IMG/VR virus record: IMGVR_UViG_3300023218_000148
Span: 1 to 37,900 of that record
From: a virus
Lineage: Duplodnaviria; Caudoviricetes
Direction: 5' to 3' (one strand)
DNA length: 37,900 nt
Part shown: positions 34,614 to 37,900 of the stretch, piece by piece
How the letters are laid out: every line of letters begins with the position of its first letter
Position numbering within the stretch: the stretch's first letter is position 1
Position numbers and translations under genes: made by a program
The notes under the pieces: model-generated
Told to the model about the DNA's origin: nothing
Database searches by the model: none
The model's input: only the letters and a program-made list of their open reading frames with translations

Positions 34614-36576
34614 CACAGCAGTGCTGGAGATGACTGTCGACCGCGGCAGCGGCGATGAGGTCGTGCGTTTCTCGAACCGCCCCGTCGCCGGATCTCCTGA
34701 GGTCTCGCCGAGACTGGCGGGTGATCCACAGTGGGCGGTCGAGGTGGGGCTCTGGATTTGGAATAGCAGGACGCGCTCTGGTTTCGCGGATGCCGAAATC
34801 ATCAATGCAGACGGGGGTATCGATTGGCTGGCCGATGCCGAAGTGCGTGATAAGCCGGCCTGGCTGCTGCTGGGCCGAGCGAGCGAAGGGCTGGGTCAAT
34901 TCGAGGTGAGAGCGGCACTGACTGTAGACTTCGTCGGCAGCACGGCGGGCAGGCGATTCCGCGTTGCCTTTGCAGCGCCGGACATCCAGCTCGACAGTAC
35001 GCTCCAAACAGCGATCTACCTGCCAGGCGCCCCAAATCCCAGGCTGGAGGGCCTGCCGGTGCCGATCAGTCTGGGCCGGGTCTTTCAGGTGCCGGCCGTG
35101 CTGTACGATGAGGCGCCAGATATCGACTACGACTGCCACGTGGTCATGCCGGCGCGGATGGATGAAGTCGCCAGCGCCGGCAACCCCGCACTCCAGAGCC
35201 AATGGGTGCTGCGTGAGCGAGGCTTTAGGCTGCTGGTGTCTCCCTCTGGGCGAGTGACTGCCGACCTGTCCGGACCGCAAAAGGATGCAGGCCACACTTC
35301 AGACGACCTTCCTCCCGGTTACCCAGACGATGGCCATCTGAATGCAAGTGCCAATTCAGATTTCGATTCATGGAATGGGAAGAGCCCGGTTGGCTACTCG
35401 CTCGCAAATGCCAATGTCGCGAGCCCGGAGAAAAAGCTAGAAAGATATCAGTTGACGAACACCCTGCAAGCGATCAACAGGTCTTCATCGCTTATGGATC
35501 TCTTAGAAGGGGCGCCGCGAATGTCAATTGACCTCGGCCTGGTCCAGGGGCGTTGGTACGGCGCGCGTCTCGATTTTGTTCACACCACAGGCTGGACCAA
35601 TCAGATCGGCATGTTGACCCTCGCCACCGGCCAGGCTGGCAGCGAGGCAGACTCGAGCGGCGAGTCTCATTTTTTTCAAACAGCCGTCACTGCGGACCAA
35701 TTGGTGTTTTTCAGAGCTTCCGGGCCTGTCCTAAAGGTATTTTTCGGCGGCGCCGCATTCTCTCAGGTGGAGACCGAAATGAGGTTGGACACGCTCCGGG
35801 TTTGGGACGTAGAGGCGGCGGAGGTGACGCTTGCCGGCCTTGTAATATGGGTCCTGGATCAGGCCGGCTGGACCGGCGGGGTCGACTTGGGCGAGCTCGA
35901 TGCCCTGGACGTAGCTATCGGCGCTCATGAGCTCGGATTATGGCTGTCGCGACCGGCGCGAACCAATGACGTCCTGGACCGCCTGCTGGCGCCATTCCTC
36001 GCCTGGCGATACGTAGACGAACAGGGCACAATGCGATTCGGCCGGCTGATGGCGCCTGAGGATATCCCCGGCGAGCCGGAGCTGGAAATCGGTCCGGAGA
36101 GGTTACGCGCAGGCGAGTCAGTCCAGCCGGAAGATGATTTGATGCCTGGGCTGACGGATGTATTCGGCGCCATGCGCAATCAGCAGCCGCTCGCAGAGGC
36201 AGAGACGGCCCCTGTGCTCGACAGCCTTCAGGAACGCGCAGACCGCGCGGCTGAATTCCGGTTTATAGCGCGAGGCGACCCAAGCGATCTGGCGCCTTTC
36301 TACGCTTGGGCGCATGACCGATGCGTGTTTGATTCCGGCCTCCAGGACGAGACCAGCGCCCAGCAGCAGCGCGATCGGACGGCCGGCCTCGCCGCGACTC
36401 GGCGGCGTTTCTGGCGCGTGCCCGCCTTGATGAACACCAAAACTGATCTGCGACCTGGGCAGAAGATACTTGTGAGGTGGCCTGGCTTCGGTCTCCAGGC
36501 TGGCAGGGAGGTAGCGCTGCTGGGGTGGTCACGATCATACCTGTCTCAGTCCATTGATCTCATCTGCTGGAGCTGA
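34600..36576 (+). CDS. Tail tip / baseplate hub-like structural protein
   Basis: GTG at 34600 overlapping the tape measure end; G.P.P..LG.V..VP.VL motif. Confidence 0.65.
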   Translation: MERFDTAVLEMTVDRGSGDEVVRFSNRPVAGSPEVSPRLAGDPQWAVEVGLWIWNSRTRSGFADAEIINADGGIDWLADAEVRDKPAWLLLGRASEGLGQFEVRAALTVDFVGSTAGRRFRVAFAAPDIQLDSTLQTAIYLPGAPNPRLEGLPVPISLGRVFQVPAVLYDEAPDIDYDCHVVMPARMDEVASAGNPALQSQWVLRERGFRLLVSPSGRVTADLSGPQKDAGHTSDDLPPGYPDDGHLNASANSDFDSWNGKSPVGYSLANANVASPEKKLERYQLTNTLQAINRSSSLMDLLEGAPRMSIDLGLVQGRWYGARLDFVHTTGWTNQIGMLTLATGQAGSEADSSGESHFFQTAVTADQLVFFRASGPVLKVFFGGAAFSQVETEMRLDTLRVWDVEAAEVTLAGLVIWVLDQAGWTGGVDLGELDALDVAIGAHELGLWLSRPARTNDVLDRLLAPFLAWRYVDEQGTMRFGRLMAPEDIPGEPELEIGPERLRAGESVQPEDDLMPGLTDVFGAMRNQQPLAEAETAPVLDSLQERADRAAEFRFIARGDPSDLAPFYAWAHDRCVFDSGLQDETSAQQQRDRTAGLAATRRRFWRVPALMNTKTDLRPGQKILVRWPGFGLQAGREVALLGWSRSYLSQSIDLICWS

Positions 36577-36577
36577 C

Positions 36578-37729
36578 ATGCAAGGCCAAGGCGCGATAAT
36601 GCTTTACGACAATGCCGCTCAGCGCGGCACGTTTGTCGACGATGGGAGACTGGATGACCCAGCGCTACTGCTGACGGATCAGTTGGCTCCCGCCGCATCC
36701 TTCCTGGGATTTACCGTGATGGAGTGGCAGTGGCAGACGGCAGAGTCAATCGACGCCGTCGCGTTTTGGGGCACCTCCCAGCTCTTCTTGATCAATTCGC
36801 CCGTCGTGAGTGTCGAGCGCTGGACTGGTACCGAGTGGGAAGACGTGGCGGGCACGATTCTTGCATCCGAGCCCAGTGTCATCCAGCCAGCCCACCTCGT
36901 CTTCTTGCTGGACGACACGATCCAGACCACTGGACTCAGGGTGGCCCCGCTGGCCGCATCCGAAGTACTCTCCATCGGATCGGTGCAAATCGCGCGCGCG
37001 CTCCGCCATCCGTCCCTGGTCGACGACGACTGGTCCGTCGACTACGTCGATATCGCCACGACCGATGCATCTGCCGCCGGACAGATCTACGCCTCGGAGG
37101 GCAAGGTGTCTCGCCGGGTAACCATCAGTCACACGGTGATCCCGCCAGAGATCATGCATGCGGTGCCTGACTTGGTAGGTATCGGGCTTGGTCCGCCAGA
37201 CGTATCTGCTGGCGTGACTTTGGATGCGGGGACCTACCAGTTGGTCGAGGCGGACGGCCTGATTAAGTGGACCGGCGCCATCGAGCCCGGGAATAACTAT
37301 GCACTCACCTACGACCTGAGGATCGCGGGGCAAGGGTCGGATGTTAATGTGCCCGTTGTCAGGCTGGTCAATGATCCAGATTCTGTGGATCTCCCGGTGG
37401 GAAATCGGGCTCTGCACTTCACAGCAGCCAACGGAGACCTGACCCTCGATCTATCGCAAGGAGGTGCACCGGGGATCGCCTCGATCGGCGAAATTTCCCT
37501 GTCCGAAGCGAGCATCTCGCCATCATCCAGCTCGACGCGTCGATCCCTATCTGACCTTATCGCCATCAGCGGCCGCAGCAAGCCGATAGGCTTGCTGATC
37601 CGCCCCAGCAATCCGCTGCTGAACACGATCACCTCATTTTACGGGTTGATCGACAACACTCGCCCCTACTCACATCGGTCTGGCGACATGACCGCGGGAG
37701 GCATGACTATAGTCGAGTCGTTGGGTTGA
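36578..37729 (+). CDS. Minor tail structural protein
   Basis: ATG 2 nt after the previous stop, GGAG ribosome site, beta-rich; stop abuts the right-end sites. Confidence 0.6.
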   Translation: MQGQGAIMLYDNAAQRGTFVDDGRLDDPALLLTDQLAPAASFLGFTVMEWQWQTAESIDAVAFWGTSQLFLINSPVVSVERWTGTEWEDVAGTILASEPSVIQPAHLVFLLDDTIQTTGLRVAPLAASEVLSIGSVQIARALRHPSLVDDDWSVDYVDIATTDASAAGQIYASEGKVSRRVTISHTVIPPEIMHAVPDLVGIGLGPPDVSAGVTLDAGTYQLVEADGLIKWTGAIEPGNNYALTYDLRIAGQGSDVNVPVVRLVNDPDSVDLPVGNRALHFTAANGDLTLDLSQGGAPGIASIGEISLSEASISPSSSSTRRSLSDLIAISGRSKPIGLLIRPSNPLLNTITSFYGLIDNTRPYSHRSGDMTAGGMTIVESLG

Positions 37730-37775
37730 TATCAAATCAATTGTCCGAACGTCTCAAACTAAGTGTCGCGTTACA
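37730..37775 (-). repeat. Right phage end, transposase sites R2 and R1
   Basis: Tandem TCAAATCAATTGTC and TCAAACTAAGTGTC ending ...GTTACA; inverted relative to L2 and L1. Confidence 0.82.
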
Positions 37776-37900
37776 CATGCGCCGCAAATGGTGTGCATCC
37801 AATACCGTAGGTATGTTGATGCCAGGTTAATAACAAACCCGCAGTGCTTGCCACGCCGAGACCCCCTTAACCCCAACGTTGCAGAAATTTTTGGAGCTGG

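Larger units (their letters stand above)
127..37775. mobile_element. Complete Mu-like transposable phage/prophage, siphovirus-type tail, B3/BcepMu-like transposition module
   Basis: TGT...ACA termini with imperfect inverted repeats; MuA, MuB, Gam, GemA, Mor, portal, gpF, gpG, protease, gp36 and gp37 homologues recognisable. Confidence 0.93.

Noticed and set aside
1-37900. CRISPR array, rRNA or tRNA genes
   Set aside because: No regularly spaced repeats or RNA gene signatures seen

Overview
The window is almost entirely one apparently complete Mu-like transposable phage (127..37775, about 37.65 kb, bounded by imperfect TGT...ACA inverted ends), with about 125 bp of non-phage flank on each side and no target-site duplication. 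It has a B3/BcepMu-type DDE transposase and MuB ATPase, and a non-contractile tail (tube, chaperone with -1 frameshift, 1678-aa tape measure, no sheath). The layout is unusual. The repressor/ner switch sits in the middle of the genome. Early, lysis, terminase, portal, gpF and gpG genes run leftward to the left end, and protease, capsid and tail genes run rightward to the right end. The tail-fibre module is inverted and central. Both late arms begin with the same 25-bp palindrome-containing motif. The best candidate for a new system is at the left end: gpF (MuF) carries a C-terminal PBECR2-like nuclease domain with no immunity ORF, and the gap behind it holds a near-consensus sigma70 promoter driving a convergent ~93-nt three-stem structured RNA, a possible RNA antitoxin or tRNA-like decoy. 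All family assignments come from motifs recognised by eye and from gene order, not from database searches.
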